From: Thermoplasmata archaeon
GTDB taxonomy: Archaea > Thermoplasmatota > Thermoplasmata > Sysuiplasmatales > Sysuiplasmataceae
Length of the DNA: 64,000 bases
Reading direction: 5' to 3'
Assembly (NCBI GenBank): GCA_021806165.1
Contig: JAJZXY010000008.1
Coordinates: 11,334-75,333, forward strand
A program made the translations under genes and the position numbers. The stretch's first letter is position 1. Each line of letters begins with the position of its first letter. The notes below the pieces were generated by a model. That model made no database searches, was not told where the DNA came from, and saw nothing but the letters and a program-made list of their open reading frames with translations. Positions 38,985 to 49,364 of the stretch are shown one piece after another.

Positions 38985-40646
38985 ATGAAGGCCTTCGGCA
39001 AATTCCTGATCATTCTGTTCATAATCTCCCTTCTCCTGCTGCTGCCCCCCGTCGTTCCGGGCGCCGCCGCCATAATCCTCGGAACCAGCACCGTCTCAGG
39101 AATCTACCAGCTGCTGGAGCAGTATGCCCTGATGGGCATCGCGGCCGCCTTTGCTGTCACGCTGGCATATGCCCTTGCCCGAAGACACATGGGGACGCAC
39201 AGGGGACTTTATGCCCTCTACGGGCTGGCGCTCATTGCGGTCAACTACCTTTCAGGCAATCCTCTTCCCCCCCTGTACATCAGGCTTGCAGCCCTCGCTG
39301 CAATTGCAGCTGTGGATGCCGCATACGTGGCTGCCGTCTGGGGAAGGCTCAGGCGGATATCATTCCTCTCCATGAGCATCCCCGCCGTCTACCTGGTCAT
39401 TGCCTACCCCCTCTACTACCTTGAGCTGGCAGGATTTGCGGTATTCGTTCTCTCGTTTTCGGTCATGCGGCGGACGGTAGGCGACTCGGTCGTATCCGTG
39501 AATCTCGATACTGTCCGAAGGGCCAGCGGCAACAAGTCCGCGCCTTCAACGCGGCAGCCTGGCAGCGTGATCGGTAATGCTGCCGGAGGCGGAAAGGGAA
39601 GGAAGGCACGAAGGCTGGAAGCCGCGGCAGCAGCCTCTGCCTCCCAGCCGGCCGCGCCTTCCCCCAAGCCATCGCCAGCCCAGCCACCGAAGCGGAAGCA
39701 GGCAGAACCGCCGTCAAACGTGCCGTGGCCGGCACAGAGCGACTATGCCAGGGCGATGCAGAACATTGCATTCAGCATATCCGCATCCTATCCGGAGATG
39801 CGTTCGTCGAAGGTTGTTCCGAATCCATACGTAAAGCTTGCAGGCAACATAGTCTACTCGTCTGGCAACTACGGGACCATATTCAAGCTGGAGAACGGCG
39901 GCTCCGCCCAGGCACTGAAGTGCTTCACAAGAAGCAAGCCGGACATCAATGGCCGCTACTCATCAATTTCGAAGGAGCTCAAGTCCCTGTCCAGGAAGAA
40001 GCTGGCTTTTGTAGACTTCCAGTACCTTCCGGGGGCAATCAGAACCTTCAAGGAGCCGTCCATGTTCTTCCCTGTCCTCCTCATGGACTGGGTCGAAGGA
40101 AGCAACCTCAACACATATGTTTCTGAGCACCTGCGCAGCCCCGAGAGCCTGAAGAGGATGGCATCCTCCTTCCTGGATGAAATGGTGAGAATAAGGAAGG
40201 CAGGCATAGCACACGGCGACATTGCAGGTGACAACATAGTCATCGGGACGGCAGGCGGGCTTACCCTGGTGGACTATGACGGAATGTATGTGCCAGCTTT
40301 CAGGGGATTCAAGTCCCAGGAGCTGGGGCACGATAATTTCCAGCATCCTGCCAGGGGTTCTGATGATTTCTCAGAGAGACTGGACAACTTCTCCATCCTT
40401 GTCACATACCTGAGCCTGCTGGCTGTTGCAGGCGACCAGTCTCTGTGGGGAAAGTACAACAAGGGGGACCAGGACTGCCTGATTTTCAGAAAGGCGGACT
40501 TCCAGAATCCATCCCAGTCAACTGTGCTGAAGGAACTCGGAAGGCAGAAGGGGAAGGTAAGGGACCTCGCAGCGCTCATGGAGGATTCGTTGCGCCATCC
40601 GCCACTCTGGTCAGGGTGCGACCCGCAGCAGATACTCAAGGCATAG
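38985..40646 (+). CDS. Membrane-anchored Ser/Thr protein-kinase-like protein (Hanks-type catalytic-loop variants)
   Basis: N-terminal about 170 aa with about 4 TM helices; Pro/Ala/Lys-rich linker; C-terminal domain with VAIK-like K (QALKCF), hinge LLMDWVEG, catalytic loop HGDIAGDNIVI and DFG-variant VDYDG. Confidence 0.55.
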   Translation: MKAFGKFLIILFIISLLLLLPPVVPGAAAIILGTSTVSGIYQLLEQYALMGIAAAFAVTLAYALARRHMGTHRGLYALYGLALIAVNYLSGNPLPPLYIRLAALAAIAAVDAAYVAAVWGRLRRISFLSMSIPAVYLVIAYPLYYLELAGFAVFVLSFSVMRRTVGDSVVSVNLDTVRRASGNKSAPSTRQPGSVIGNAAGGGKGRKARRLEAAAAASASQPAAPSPKPSPAQPPKRKQAEPPSNVPWPAQSDYARAMQNIAFSISASYPEMRSSKVVPNPYVKLAGNIVYSSGNYGTIFKLENGGSAQALKCFTRSKPDINGRYSSISKELKSLSRKKLAFVDFQYLPGAIRTFKEPSMFFPVLLMDWVEGSNLNTYVSEHLRSPESLKRMASSFLDEMVRIRKAGIAHGDIAGDNIVIGTAGGLTLVDYDGMYVPAFRGFKSQELGHDNFQHPARGSDDFSERLDNFSILVTYLSLLAVAGDQSLWGKYNKGDQDCLIFRKADFQNPSQSTVLKELGRQKGKVRDLAALMEDSLRHPPLWSGCDPQQILKA

Positions 40647-41370
40647 TTATTGTGATTAGTGTGATATCGTCATTCTTGATGCTGCCTGATGCTATGAGTC
40701 CGCCTATGTAGGAGTCGAAGTCGCCTGCTTTCGAAGCAAGCTCCTCCCAGGGTCTGCCCCCCTTGTTCTGCAGAATCCATTTTGAGAGTGCGTCCGTGGC
40801 CAGCATGATGCTGTCACCCTGCTTCAGCCATCCGTACTTCACCTCAATACCCGGTATCTCCACTTCCCTGCCGCGTCCCGCCTTCCCGCCGAGCCCGCTC
40901 CACATCAGCCTTGGTGTGTTGCCGAGGTCCCTGCTGTCTGCAAAGGGGAATGATTCCATCCTCTGGCCGCTGACAAGGAACATGCATGAATCTCCCACCG
41001 TGAAGCACCTGAACCTCCTCCTCTCCCCTTCAGCCTCCACCTGGAGGCCGAGCAGCGTCGCGTATGAGCCCATGAACGCCTTGTTCCTCTGGTACCACGG
41101 GAGTCCCTCCCAGTCAATTCCTCCGTACCAGCGATCCCTGGCAGCAGTCAGGACATCCCTCATGACATCCCTGTCGTTCCTGCCGAAGTCCGGCGGGCTT
41201 TCCACGAAGGTTGTCACCAGCGCCCTTGCCCAGACGTCTGCGAAGCTCGACTCAGTCGCACCGTCCGCTACTGCAAAGACTCCCCTGGCGCCGTCGTATG
41301 CGAAAGCATCCTCGTACTCGCTTTCGCTGTTTCCCGTCTTGGGCCTGTGGAATTCCTTAACGGTGAACAA
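40636..41370 (-). CDS. PP2C-family protein phosphatase
   Basis: 244 aa; FAVADGATESSFADVWA and C-terminal DDITLITI PP2C motifs. Confidence 0.65.
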   Translation of the reverse strand: MFTVKEFHRPKTGNSESEYEDAFAYDGARGVFAVADGATESSFADVWARALVTTFVESPPDFGRNDRDVMRDVLTAARDRWYGGIDWEGLPWYQRNKAFMGSYATLLGLQVEAEGERRRFRCFTVGDSCMFLVSGQRMESFPFADSRDLGNTPRLMWSGLGGKAGRGREVEIPGIEVKYGWLKQGDSIMLATDALSKWILQNKGGRPWEELASKAGDFDSYIGGLIASGSIKNDDITLITITMP

Positions 41371-42210
41371 CTACTGCATCTGCCCCTGTGGTCCCCTGGT
41401 CCCTATGTCAATGAACTGGACGAGCTGTTCGAGCTGTGCATTGAAGACATATGCCCTGGCCTCGTCGCCCAGGTTTATCTGCATCTCCCTGGCATACCCT
41501 ATGTACTGCTGCGGCAGCCTGCTTGATATGGTGAACAGCGACTTCGCGTACTTGTCATCCGGAAGCTCCGTTTCGGCAGCAGGGAATGAAACCGGGACTG
41601 CCGGATTCGACGAAAGGTGGCAGTTCCATACAAGCGGAGCCCCGTCGGCGGAATTCAGCGACATGATTTCCTCTGCGATGTCAGCCGGGTTGCCGTCCGT
41701 TGCCTGGCCGTCTGTGATGTTTATGAGTATTGGAGGGTATGAGGACGGGTGGTTGCCCATCCACTCCTTTATGATGTCCCTTGCAAGGCCAAGCGCCTTG
41801 CACATGGGCGTGTCACCGCTCGCAGTGGGATCAAACCAGACACCGAAATCGTAATCGACCTCGGTTATACCGCCCGCTCCATCTGACACCTTCATCTGCC
41901 TCTTCTCCACGCGAAGCGTGCTCGAGGCGAGCTGCGATATCGGGTTAACCCTGTCACCCCTGAGGATGGAGTCGGCCTTGCCTGTCGTGAAACCGTAGCC
42001 TATGACACCTATGTGGAAGTAGTCCCTGATTCCGTCGCTCTTGGTGCACCTGAGCACAAATTCCCCTATCTGCCTGTTTATTGCGTCGGATGCCTCCTGC
42101 GCCTTCGATCTGTCACCGCCCGGAAGCTTGTAGCTCATAGATTTGGACTGGTCGATCATGAAGAGCACTAGTGAAGGATTTGACCTGCTGATCTCTGCTT
42201 CGTACGACAT
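41371..42210 (-). CDS. von Willebrand factor A (vWA) domain protein (TerY-like)
   Basis: 279 aa; MIDAS motif LVLFMIDQSKSM and later ITDGQATDG. Stop-start adjacent to the PP2C gene. Confidence 0.7.
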   Translation of the reverse strand: MSYEAEISRSNPSLVLFMIDQSKSMSYKLPGGDRSKAQEASDAINRQIGEFVLRCTKSDGIRDYFHIGVIGYGFTTGKADSILRGDRVNPISQLASSTLRVEKRQMKVSDGAGGITEVDYDFGVWFDPTASGDTPMCKALGLARDIIKEWMGNHPSSYPPILINITDGQATDGNPADIAEEIMSLNSADGAPLVWNCHLSSNPAVPVSFPAAETELPDDKYAKSLFTISSRLPQQYIGYAREMQINLGDEARAYVFNAQLEQLVQFIDIGTRGPQGQMQ

Positions 42211-42595
42211 GCTGCAAAAAAAATCAATACTTTATAAATACCCTCGCTCCTGATTGTCCCACCTTAATTCCAGCACCGAAAATCGTGCGCATTCCACAAC
42301 TCCATTCCGGACCCCCTGCACGGGATCCTGCATAGCTTTCTCGCTGTCACAAGGCGTCGGGGGGAGGCAAATAAGGTATATTGAAAGGCGCACTCCATGT
42401 ACTTTGTCAGCGGCACAATACGATTTGCAGAATGCGGTTGCTCCCCGCAGGAGTGCAGCTAGTCAGGGACGGCATCAGACTGCCCAGTCTGCACAACCAC
42501 CCCCTGCTGCCGAATCCCAGCTGCATGGATTGATTTCCGGTGCTGCTCGGGGCAGCATTCAGCCCGAACAGCCGTCGGCAGCCAATGCCGATGAC

Positions 42596-43033
42596 TCAGG
42601 ACGGAGGAACAGCTGCAGGCGCACCCCATGGCTTCTCAGGCATACTCTCGTGGATCGGGAAGTGTGCTGCCGCGGTCACAATCTGTGCCACAGGCGGTAT
42701 GACGAATCCGACCATGACGATGGAAAATGCAGCCACTATGAAGTAGAGCAGGCCTTCCGTATGGAATGTGTGCACATCAAGACCCTCACCTGCCGCATTG
42801 TAGCTCCTCCTGAGGTACACTGCCGACATCATGAATAGAATCCATGCCGCCACCAGGCCTATGGCCATAATCAGTGCGAAGGCCAGCCACCGGGCCCGCG
42901 TTACGCCAGGTGCAGGGGTCAATGGATCCATCCCGGTGAAATAGTCATTCTGGAATGCATTCAGCACCGTTGCTGTGACCACCACTGATGCCGCGACCCT
43001 TGCAGCAAACGGGAATATCACGGCTGCAATCAT
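42596..43033 (-). CDS. Hypothetical small membrane protein
   Basis: Track ORF 42596-43180 has about 4 hydrophobic helices. Its upstream part runs into the IS left end, so a start near MIAAVIF (about 43033) is more plausible. Weak. Confidence 0.25.
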   Translation of the reverse strand: MIAAVIFPFAARVAASVVVTATVLNAFQNDYFTGMDPLTPAPGVTRARWLAFALIMAIGLVAAWILFMMSAVYLRRSYNAAGEGLDVHTFHTEGLLYFIVAAFSIVMVGFVIPPVAQIVTAAAHFPIHESMPEKPWGAPAAVPPS

Positions 43034-43118
43034 GCTTCGGAATATCTCCGTGCCTCCCGGGTCGTAAAGATTTGAGGATCTGATATTTGAAACAGCTGGT
43101 TGCAGGGGCTGTGGGACA

Positions 43119-44165
43119 CTATTGCTGAGGTCTTCCCATATTGAGCAGATTATGCCACACGCCTGTACAGAACAGCGCATTGTCTATCCTGTCACTCCTC
43201 TTCTGCGCTATGTTCCATCCAAGCATCTTCTTGTCCGCAGAGAAGCCCGATTCCGAGTTGCTTCTCTGATGATACTCTCCGAGATACTCCATAGTGTTTT
43301 CGACAAAGTACTTCATGGTGTGTTTCCACTTCAGCGAGCCGTTCAGTGTGGCATTGCTCTTAGGTATGATGTACACCTTCGCACTGCCGAACCTGTCCAC
43401 ATATGACGGTGATGAATAGTACCTGTCGAGTCTGACGGAAGACATCTCGATATCCAGGGACGAAAGCATGGTCATGGCCCTGTCGAACGCCTCCCTCTCC
43501 GATTTCATGCTCGAGCCGAATGCCATGTACATCACTGTCTTCAGATCCATCAGTGCAAAGGAGTATGCAAAGAGGCGCCTCTTACGCTCCTTCGGCGCAG
43601 CTGCTGCGCCGTTCTCTGCATCCTTCCCCGGATTCTCCTTTGCAAGATCCTTGAGTTTCTGTGCATGTGACTCGTAGTTCTTCTTTACAGTCAGCGAGTA
43701 ACCTGTTCCGTCACCGGTTGCATCCGAACTCCGTATATCCTTCCTGCCGAGTATGAGCACATGCAGATTGTGTATCGCCAGCTGCACCTCCTCATCCGAA
43801 TACAGCCGTTCGACTGTCTTGTACGACACGTCGATGCCTGAGAGCATGGAATACATCACAAGCATGTTGGCGAACATGCGGTTGCTCCCGCCAGCAAGCT
43901 GCTTGATCAGCAGCAGCTTCACCCTCTGTTCGAGTGTCAGGGAGTGAGGATGTCCCGGTCCCTGCAGAATGTGAATGACGGACACCGCCTGGTGTATGAG
44001 CGGATCGAGTTCATTCATCGCAGTCCTGATCCTCAGTGCGAACTGCTGCTCGTATGTGCGCCAGTCACGTTTCTTCGGCGGATGCTCAAGCACATATTTC
44101 CTGCCAAGGTAGTCGTCTATCTCATGCAGTTTGCGCTGAATATCGTCGCTCGAAATTATCGCCAT
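43119..44165 (-). CDS. DDE transposase (IS4/IS5 superfamily)
   Basis: 348 aa; C-terminal Y-x2-R-x3-E-x6-K signature (YHQRSNSESGFSADKK) and upstream D-containing motifs (SSDATGDGTG). Confidence 0.7.
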   Translation of the reverse strand: MAIISSDDIQRKLHEIDDYLGRKYVLEHPPKKRDWRTYEQQFALRIRTAMNELDPLIHQAVSVIHILQGPGHPHSLTLEQRVKLLLIKQLAGGSNRMFANMLVMYSMLSGIDVSYKTVERLYSDEEVQLAIHNLHVLILGRKDIRSSDATGDGTGYSLTVKKNYESHAQKLKDLAKENPGKDAENGAAAAPKERKRRLFAYSFALMDLKTVMYMAFGSSMKSEREAFDRAMTMLSSLDIEMSSVRLDRYYSSPSYVDRFGSAKVYIIPKSNATLNGSLKWKHTMKYFVENTMEYLGEYHQRSNSESGFSADKKMLGWNIAQKRSDRIDNALFCTGVWHNLLNMGRPQQ

Positions 44166-44226
44166 TTGATTACAGTATAACCGGCACGGATATAAACATG
44201 TCTATAGACATCTTTATTACACACCG

Positions 44227-44430
44227 TTGCATTTACCGTCTGTGAGCAGGAAGATCTTTGTTCTCAATAACAAGATGACAATCACAGACGATGAGATAGA
44301 AGGGATTCTGGAGAGAACAGTCACACCTCAAGGCACATCCGCCAAAGCAGATGTGCCGAGGCGGTACATGGGCAAGAGAGTCTATGTGATAATTACAAAG
44401 TCGGAAGGAGAGAAGAGGGACGAACAATAG
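44227..44430 (+). CDS. Small AbrB/SpoVT-like swapped-hairpin protein inside the IS
   Basis: 67 aa; ...VTPQGTSAKADVPRRYMGKRVYVIITK resembles the AbrB/MazE-type fold pattern. Lies between the transposase start and the right terminal repeat. Confidence 0.35.
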   Translation: MHLPSVSRKIFVLNNKMTITDDEIEGILERTVTPQGTSAKADVPRRYMGKRVYVIITKSEGEKRDEQ

Positions 44431-44494
44431 TGTCCCACAGCCGGTTGCAGGGCAAAGTCAGTGACCGGTACATTTTTCGATCGAAAAGACATGC

Positions 44495-44525
44495 CCCTTC
44501 TGGGACGGGCAAAGTCCCAGAAGGG
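44495..44525. repeat. Perfect 11-bp-arm hairpin (CCCTTCTGGGA ... TCCCAGAAGGG, 9-nt loop) between the two transposase genes
   Basis: Read directly. Adjacent 14-nt palindrome TTTTCGATCGAAAA at 44474-44487. Confidence 0.5.
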
Positions 44526-45745
44526 TGTTACCAAACATGTCGGAAATGGATGTAGATGGCAGGATAAGAAAGTATTGGCAGAGAAAGGAGCTGATGCTGT
44601 CCGATGAGGACAGCACAAGGCTGGATGAACTTGTCGCATCCTTGGAGTTCAGGGATGCAACCGCCGGCACTCCTGTGTCGGCAATAGAGTTCTGCTCGCA
44701 CCTGAACTGTGAAGGGCTCATGCCCTTCATGGAAGGGGCATACAGCCGCTTCAATACCGTCAGGGACAGGCTCGTGCCGAGAATGCGTTTCACTGCATTC
44801 ATGTGCATGAGCGGGAGGCGGAACATAAGAGATGCCTACAACGCCGTTGTCTCGGACAACGGCTGGAAGCGCCTCGGCTTCCATGAAAAGCCTGTGTATG
44901 GGACATTGCGCGAATTCATCAACGAACGCATTGGTGACAGCAGGTTGCATGAACTCTTTCATGCAATCGTCACCGAATGTGTCCGCATGGCATCCTCCAT
45001 GGGCATGGAGATTGGAAGGAGGACAGGTGAGGATGCAACCGACGTGCACTCGCTGAAATTCGATGATGAGGCTGAATACAGCGGCTACTACAGACATAAT
45101 GGATACAAGGTCGACATAGTGCACGACCTCGACGACCCCTCACTTGTCCTGGACTACACACCAATGGGCATCAGCGGCGATGAGGGTGCATGCCTCATTC
45201 CGTCGCAGCAGAGGCTTGCTGCAGACGGCATATGCACGGTGGAACAGAAGGTTGACGGCAAATACACATCATACAGGAACATAGCGCATTCAGGCATAAA
45301 CGGCATACGCCTCCAGTAAAGCATGGAGAAGGACTGGGTTCTAAATCCTGCAGGCAACGGGAATGAGATAAGACGCCTCTACCAGAAATATCATGGCGAT
45401 GAGCATTTCAGGACAGGCGCAGCAGTCGCTGAAATGCTCATATTCCTCTGCAACAGGGGAGAGTATGAGGCTGTCGGCTCATACTTCCGCAACAGCGTGA
45501 TGGCCGTGGCGGAGACAAATCCGGAAGGCCATGTGCGCATCTGCAATGAGCGAAGCGGAAAGACCGAAGGGTTCATGGCTGTAACCAAGTCCACGACAGC
45601 AATCGATGCAAGACCATACAGACGTGGCAGGAAATGGTTTGAGCGCTCATGCCATTTCACATTCCTTGGCAGGATATTCGCCGCGCTTGTGAGGCTGCAG
45701 CATGGCATCGGGAAGCATCTCGGCTCACTGACATGCATAACATGA
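44525..45745 (+). pseudogene. Second, related DDE transposase interrupted by an in-frame TAA
   Basis: ORFs 44525-45319 and 45323-45745 are in the same frame, separated only by TAA at 45317-45319. Combined 406 aa with EDATDVHS and RSGKTEGFMAVTK segments paralleling the intact transposase (SSDATGDGTG; RSNSESGFSADKK), but the Y of the YREK motif is replaced. Confidence 0.45.
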
Positions 45746-46158
45746 CGGCATCGGCCGCAGCAGTGGACAGCTGCGGCAAAAGCAGACGCAATCTGGTGTT
45801 TATGGAGAACCGGCATGTAAGAAGGGAATAAAGATCACGGAAGGGCTAATCTGTACGACCCCCTCCCAGTATGTCTTAAATGTACTTGACTGCAATCATG
45901 ATCATGATGAATCCCGCCACCCCAAATACGTTTCTTCATGCGGGGATGAATGAGAGTCGCAGAAGAATCGCACCCGCGCCGCCTATTGCCTTCGCACAGG
46001 AAAGAGAAGGCATCTTCCATTACCTCCTGGCAGCACGTTGCATCAATCAGTTACTTCATACTGCCCTTACAGACTCGACAGGGAGGTGTTCAATACTGCC
46101 TTCCGGGCAGTCAGCAATATACTAAGGAATATAGCCTAACAGATCATTAAGGTCTGCG

Positions 46159-46998
46159 ATGCCCCGCAAAAAAGAATTTTCCACGGAGATTTCACAGGTT
46201 TATCCTGATAAGATCATACTCAGGGGTTTTGACCTCTGCGACGACATCATGGGCAGGATATCATTCGGCGACGCGGTGTTCATAACACTCACGGGGCGCA
46301 AGCCGACAAAGCAGGAGTCTGTCCTTACCAACGCAATTCTTGCAAGCGGCATTGACCACGGCATTACGCCGAGCGCGATGGTGGCACGACTCATCAACAA
46401 CGGAGCCCCGGAGGCATTCCAGGCGGCTGTGAGCGGGGGTCTGCTTTCGCTGGGCGACCAGTTCGGCGGCGTCATTGAGATGAGCGCAAGGATGCTGCAG
46501 GAGGGTGTGTCCCTGATACACAGTGAAAAGAGGCCTGCGAGGGAAATTGCCATCAGCGTAGTGGCAGACTATTCCTCAAAGCAGACCAGGATACCCGGAC
46601 TGGGCCACCTGCTACACAGGTCGGAGGACCCCAGGACCAGGAGGCTTTTCGAGATAGCACGAAAGGTGCGCCTACTCGGCGAGCACACCGCGCTCATGGA
46701 ACTCATTGCCAGGGAAGCATCCGCCAAGAGAGAAAGGGAGCTTTCAATCAACGTCAACGGCGCAATAGGCGCCCTCATATCGGACATGGGCTTTCACTGG
46801 TCTGTCGGCAAGTCCTTTTTCCTTATTGGAAGGACAGCAGGACTCGCTGCCCATGTAATGGAGGAGAGGGAAAACCACATGGCGTGGACCCCAATAAAGC
46901 TCTCAGGATATGTCGAAAAACCTGCCAGGGAAGGTGCGAAGCGGACAGGTAGGCGCTCCCGTGTCACTTCGCGGGAGCAGAAGCCGGCCGGCAAGTAA
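46159..46998 (+). CDS. Short citrate-synthase-family protein (citryl-CoA-lyase-like)
   Basis: 279 aa; GLGHLLHRSEDPR matches the citrate synthase GxGHxxxxxxDPR active-site motif. Too short for a full citrate synthase. Confidence 0.5.
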   Translation: MPRKKEFSTEISQVYPDKIILRGFDLCDDIMGRISFGDAVFITLTGRKPTKQESVLTNAILASGIDHGITPSAMVARLINNGAPEAFQAAVSGGLLSLGDQFGGVIEMSARMLQEGVSLIHSEKRPAREIAISVVADYSSKQTRIPGLGHLLHRSEDPRTRRLFEIARKVRLLGEHTALMELIAREASAKRERELSINVNGAIGALISDMGFHWSVGKSFFLIGRTAGLAAHVMEERENHMAWTPIKLSGYVEKPAREGAKRTGRRSRVTSREQKPAGK

Positions 46999-47533
46999 CG
47001 TCATGCGGCACGCTGCGATGCGCATCCTCTGTTTTTGGACCTGCCCGTTTCCCTGTCACAGGTGTTCCTGCGGATGTCTGTACCGTCGTCCCATAGCTAT
47101 TGCCTCTCGGCACTCTGCGTCCTGGTCCTACGCACGCTGTCCCTGAACTCCACGTACCCCCTGGAATCTTGAATCGTGCGAGCCACTCTTCGCGCCAAGA
47201 CGGTGCTCTGAAAACAGGTTTAGCACATGATGCGATTGTGGTCATGAGAAGCCAGCTGAATTGACATCCACCATTGGCTGAGGTCGAAACGCATTTGGAA
47301 CACTGCAGGGAAATCTCATTGAATGCGTGAAGGTGCCAAAACTCACGCTTGCACCTGCAGATATAGCTAGGGTTGTGTCAAGCGCCGAATCGCCGGCCAG
47401 GTGGTGGAAGAAGAACCTTGGCTTCGAATCTCATTCGATAGGCATATCAGGACATGCGGTAATTTCCTCCGCTGTTGCATTCCAGCCGCCACGACATCAA
47501 AGGGGTAAAATACCATTTCCATGAATTGTATTC

Positions 47534-48304
47534 ATGATGAATGCGGATGCTGAAGCGAACTTGAATGCCAGTGCCACATCCGCAGCGCGCAAGGCGGACG
47601 ACTGCGGCTGCACCGAGCAGTCGTGCGAATATTGCTCAAACCCTTCAGAATGCCTCAATTGCTCAGATTGCTGCTGCCCCACTTCCCACAGGGAGTGGAG
47701 ACGCTCGGCTGTCCGCAGAAGCCTGGTTGTCCAGTATCTAAACAACTCATGGATGGCTGTCGAGGTGGCTGCCGGCCTCCTGGCAGGCTTCGCCGCACTG
47801 AATTTCGCCCTGCTTGCATTCGGCGGGGACAGTGTGATCGAACTGATATCCGGGATGGTGGTATTGCTGCATCTCAGGAATAATGACACGGGCAGCTGGA
47901 GAGGTGAGCTTGGTGCTTCCAGAATAGGCAGATACCTGCTGTTGGCGCTCCTGCCTGCAATAGGCGGCGGAGCCGTCTATTCATACATGGCCGGTATAAG
48001 ACCGGAAGCTTCACTCCCTGGAATGGTGGTGGCGGCCCTTGCGGTTGTAATCATGCCCTTCTTCTGGTTTGAAAAGAGAAGGCTGGGAAGGGAGACCAAC
48101 TGCGCACCGCTCAGGATTGACGCTGTAGAATCAGCCACATGCCTCTCGCTGTCTGCGGTGCTACTTGCGGGCCTTCTCATCCAGTGGCTGCTGCACACCT
48201 ACTGGGTCATGTACATCGCGCTCGGGCTGATGCTGTTCCTTATCGGAAGGGAGGCATTGGAGGGAACCGGTTCACACAAATCGGGGAAGTTATTGTCCGG
48301 CTGA
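47534..48304 (+). CDS. Cys-rich N-terminal membrane protein (possible cation-transport-related)
   Basis: 256 aa; N-terminal CGCTEQSCEYCSNPSECLNCSDCCCP cluster then about 5 TM helices. Confidence 0.35.
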   Translation: MMNADAEANLNASATSAARKADDCGCTEQSCEYCSNPSECLNCSDCCCPTSHREWRRSAVRRSLVVQYLNNSWMAVEVAAGLLAGFAALNFALLAFGGDSVIELISGMVVLLHLRNNDTGSWRGELGASRIGRYLLLALLPAIGGGAVYSYMAGIRPEASLPGMVVAALAVVIMPFFWFEKRRLGRETNCAPLRIDAVESATCLSLSAVLLAGLLIQWLLHTYWVMYIALGLMLFLIGREALEGTGSHKSGKLLSG

Positions 48305-48347
48305 CCCGGGTTGAATCCGGAATATTCCATCTCCCCTGAATCCTGTA

Positions 48348-49238
48348 TCAGTCGTTTCCCTCTTTCTCGAGCTGCCGGCGAATATCTTCCAATTCCTTCC
48401 TTCTTTCCTTGCTCAATTTCGGGTATTCCAGGTCAAGGCTACCAAGCGTGTTAAGGAGTATCTGGGAAACCATCAGTCTCGCATTCTCCTTGTCATCTGC
48501 CGGAATGATGTACCACGGTGAATGTTCAGTGCTTGTTGCTCCAAGGCATTTTTCGTATGCCTTCCTGTATTTGTGCCAGTATTTTCTCTCTTCTATGTCC
48601 GCCGAGCTGAATTTCCAGTTCTTTTCGGGATCGTCGATTCTTTCCAGGAACCTCTTTCGCTGCTCCTCCTTTGAGATGTGAAGGAAGAACTTGACAATTC
48701 TTGTTCCATTCCTGTGCAGATGCTTCTCGAGTTCAGTTATTGATCGAAATCTCTCCGTCCAGAATGATTCTCCGTCAGGAATCCCGTCGTGGACACCCTC
48801 ACCCTGCAGCAGTTCAGGATGGACCCTCACTATCAGCACCTCTTCATAGTATGACCTGTTGAAAATGCCAATTCTTCCACGTTCAGGCAGGTCCCGCGTG
48901 GTTCTCCAGAGGAAATCGTGCTGCAGCTCTTTCGCACTCGGATGTCTGTAGCTGAAAACCTGGCAGCCCTGCGGATTCACCCCCGACATCACATGCCTGA
49001 TGGTTCCGTCCTTACCCGCCGCATCCATCGCCTGGAATATCATCAGGATGGCATAACGGTCTGATGCGTACAATAGCTGTTGCAGCGAACTCAGTTTATC
49101 TACATGCGACTCCAGCAGCTTCTGGTATTGCCTCTTGCTGCCGTATACTGGCCTGGAAACGGTAGGCCACCTGCTGAGATTGACCTTTTTTCCCTCCTTT
49201 ACCCGGCAGTCATCAACCTTTATGTCCATGAATATCAT
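48348..49238 (-). CDS. ppk2: Polyphosphate kinase 2 (PPK2) family
   Basis: 296 aa; Walker-A-like [13 protein letters not shown] and FNRSYYEEV lid motif. Confidence 0.8.
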   Translation of the reverse strand: MIFMDIKVDDCRVKEGKKVNLSRWPTVSRPVYGSKRQYQKLLESHVDKLSSLQQLLYASDRYAILMIFQAMDAAGKDGTIRHVMSGVNPQGCQVFSYRHPSAKELQHDFLWRTTRDLPERGRIGIFNRSYYEEVLIVRVHPELLQGEGVHDGIPDGESFWTERFRSITELEKHLHRNGTRIVKFFLHISKEEQRKRFLERIDDPEKNWKFSSADIEERKYWHKYRKAYEKCLGATSTEHSPWYIIPADDKENARLMVSQILLNTLGSLDLEYPKLSKERRKELEDIRRQLEKEGND

Positions 49239-49364
49239 CGCCGTGCCGCCCGGGTTGCGGGGCGGCGCTGTGCACTACTGACACCTATCCACCGGGCCAC
49301 ATACTGTAATTCGAACGCAAGGCACAGAAGGTGGCGCGGGCGTGGGCTCAGGATGACAGAAGGA

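Larger units (their letters stand above)
43108..44441. mobile_element. Insertion sequence (IS4/IS5-superfamily-like) with terminal inverted repeats and flanking direct repeat
   Basis: Left end CTGTGGGACACT (43109-43120) is the reverse complement of right end AGTGTCCCACAG (44429-44440). GGTTGCAGGG occurs directly outside both ends (43098-43107 and 44443-44452). Element about 1.33 kb, encoding a DDE transposase. Confidence 0.7.

Noticed and set aside
47327-47524. Small ORF and a TTCGAATC T-loop-like string near 47418 that might indicate a tRNA
   Set aside because: No complementary T-stem or acceptor stem could be drawn around it. No other tRNA-like cloverleaf found by eye anywhere in the window.
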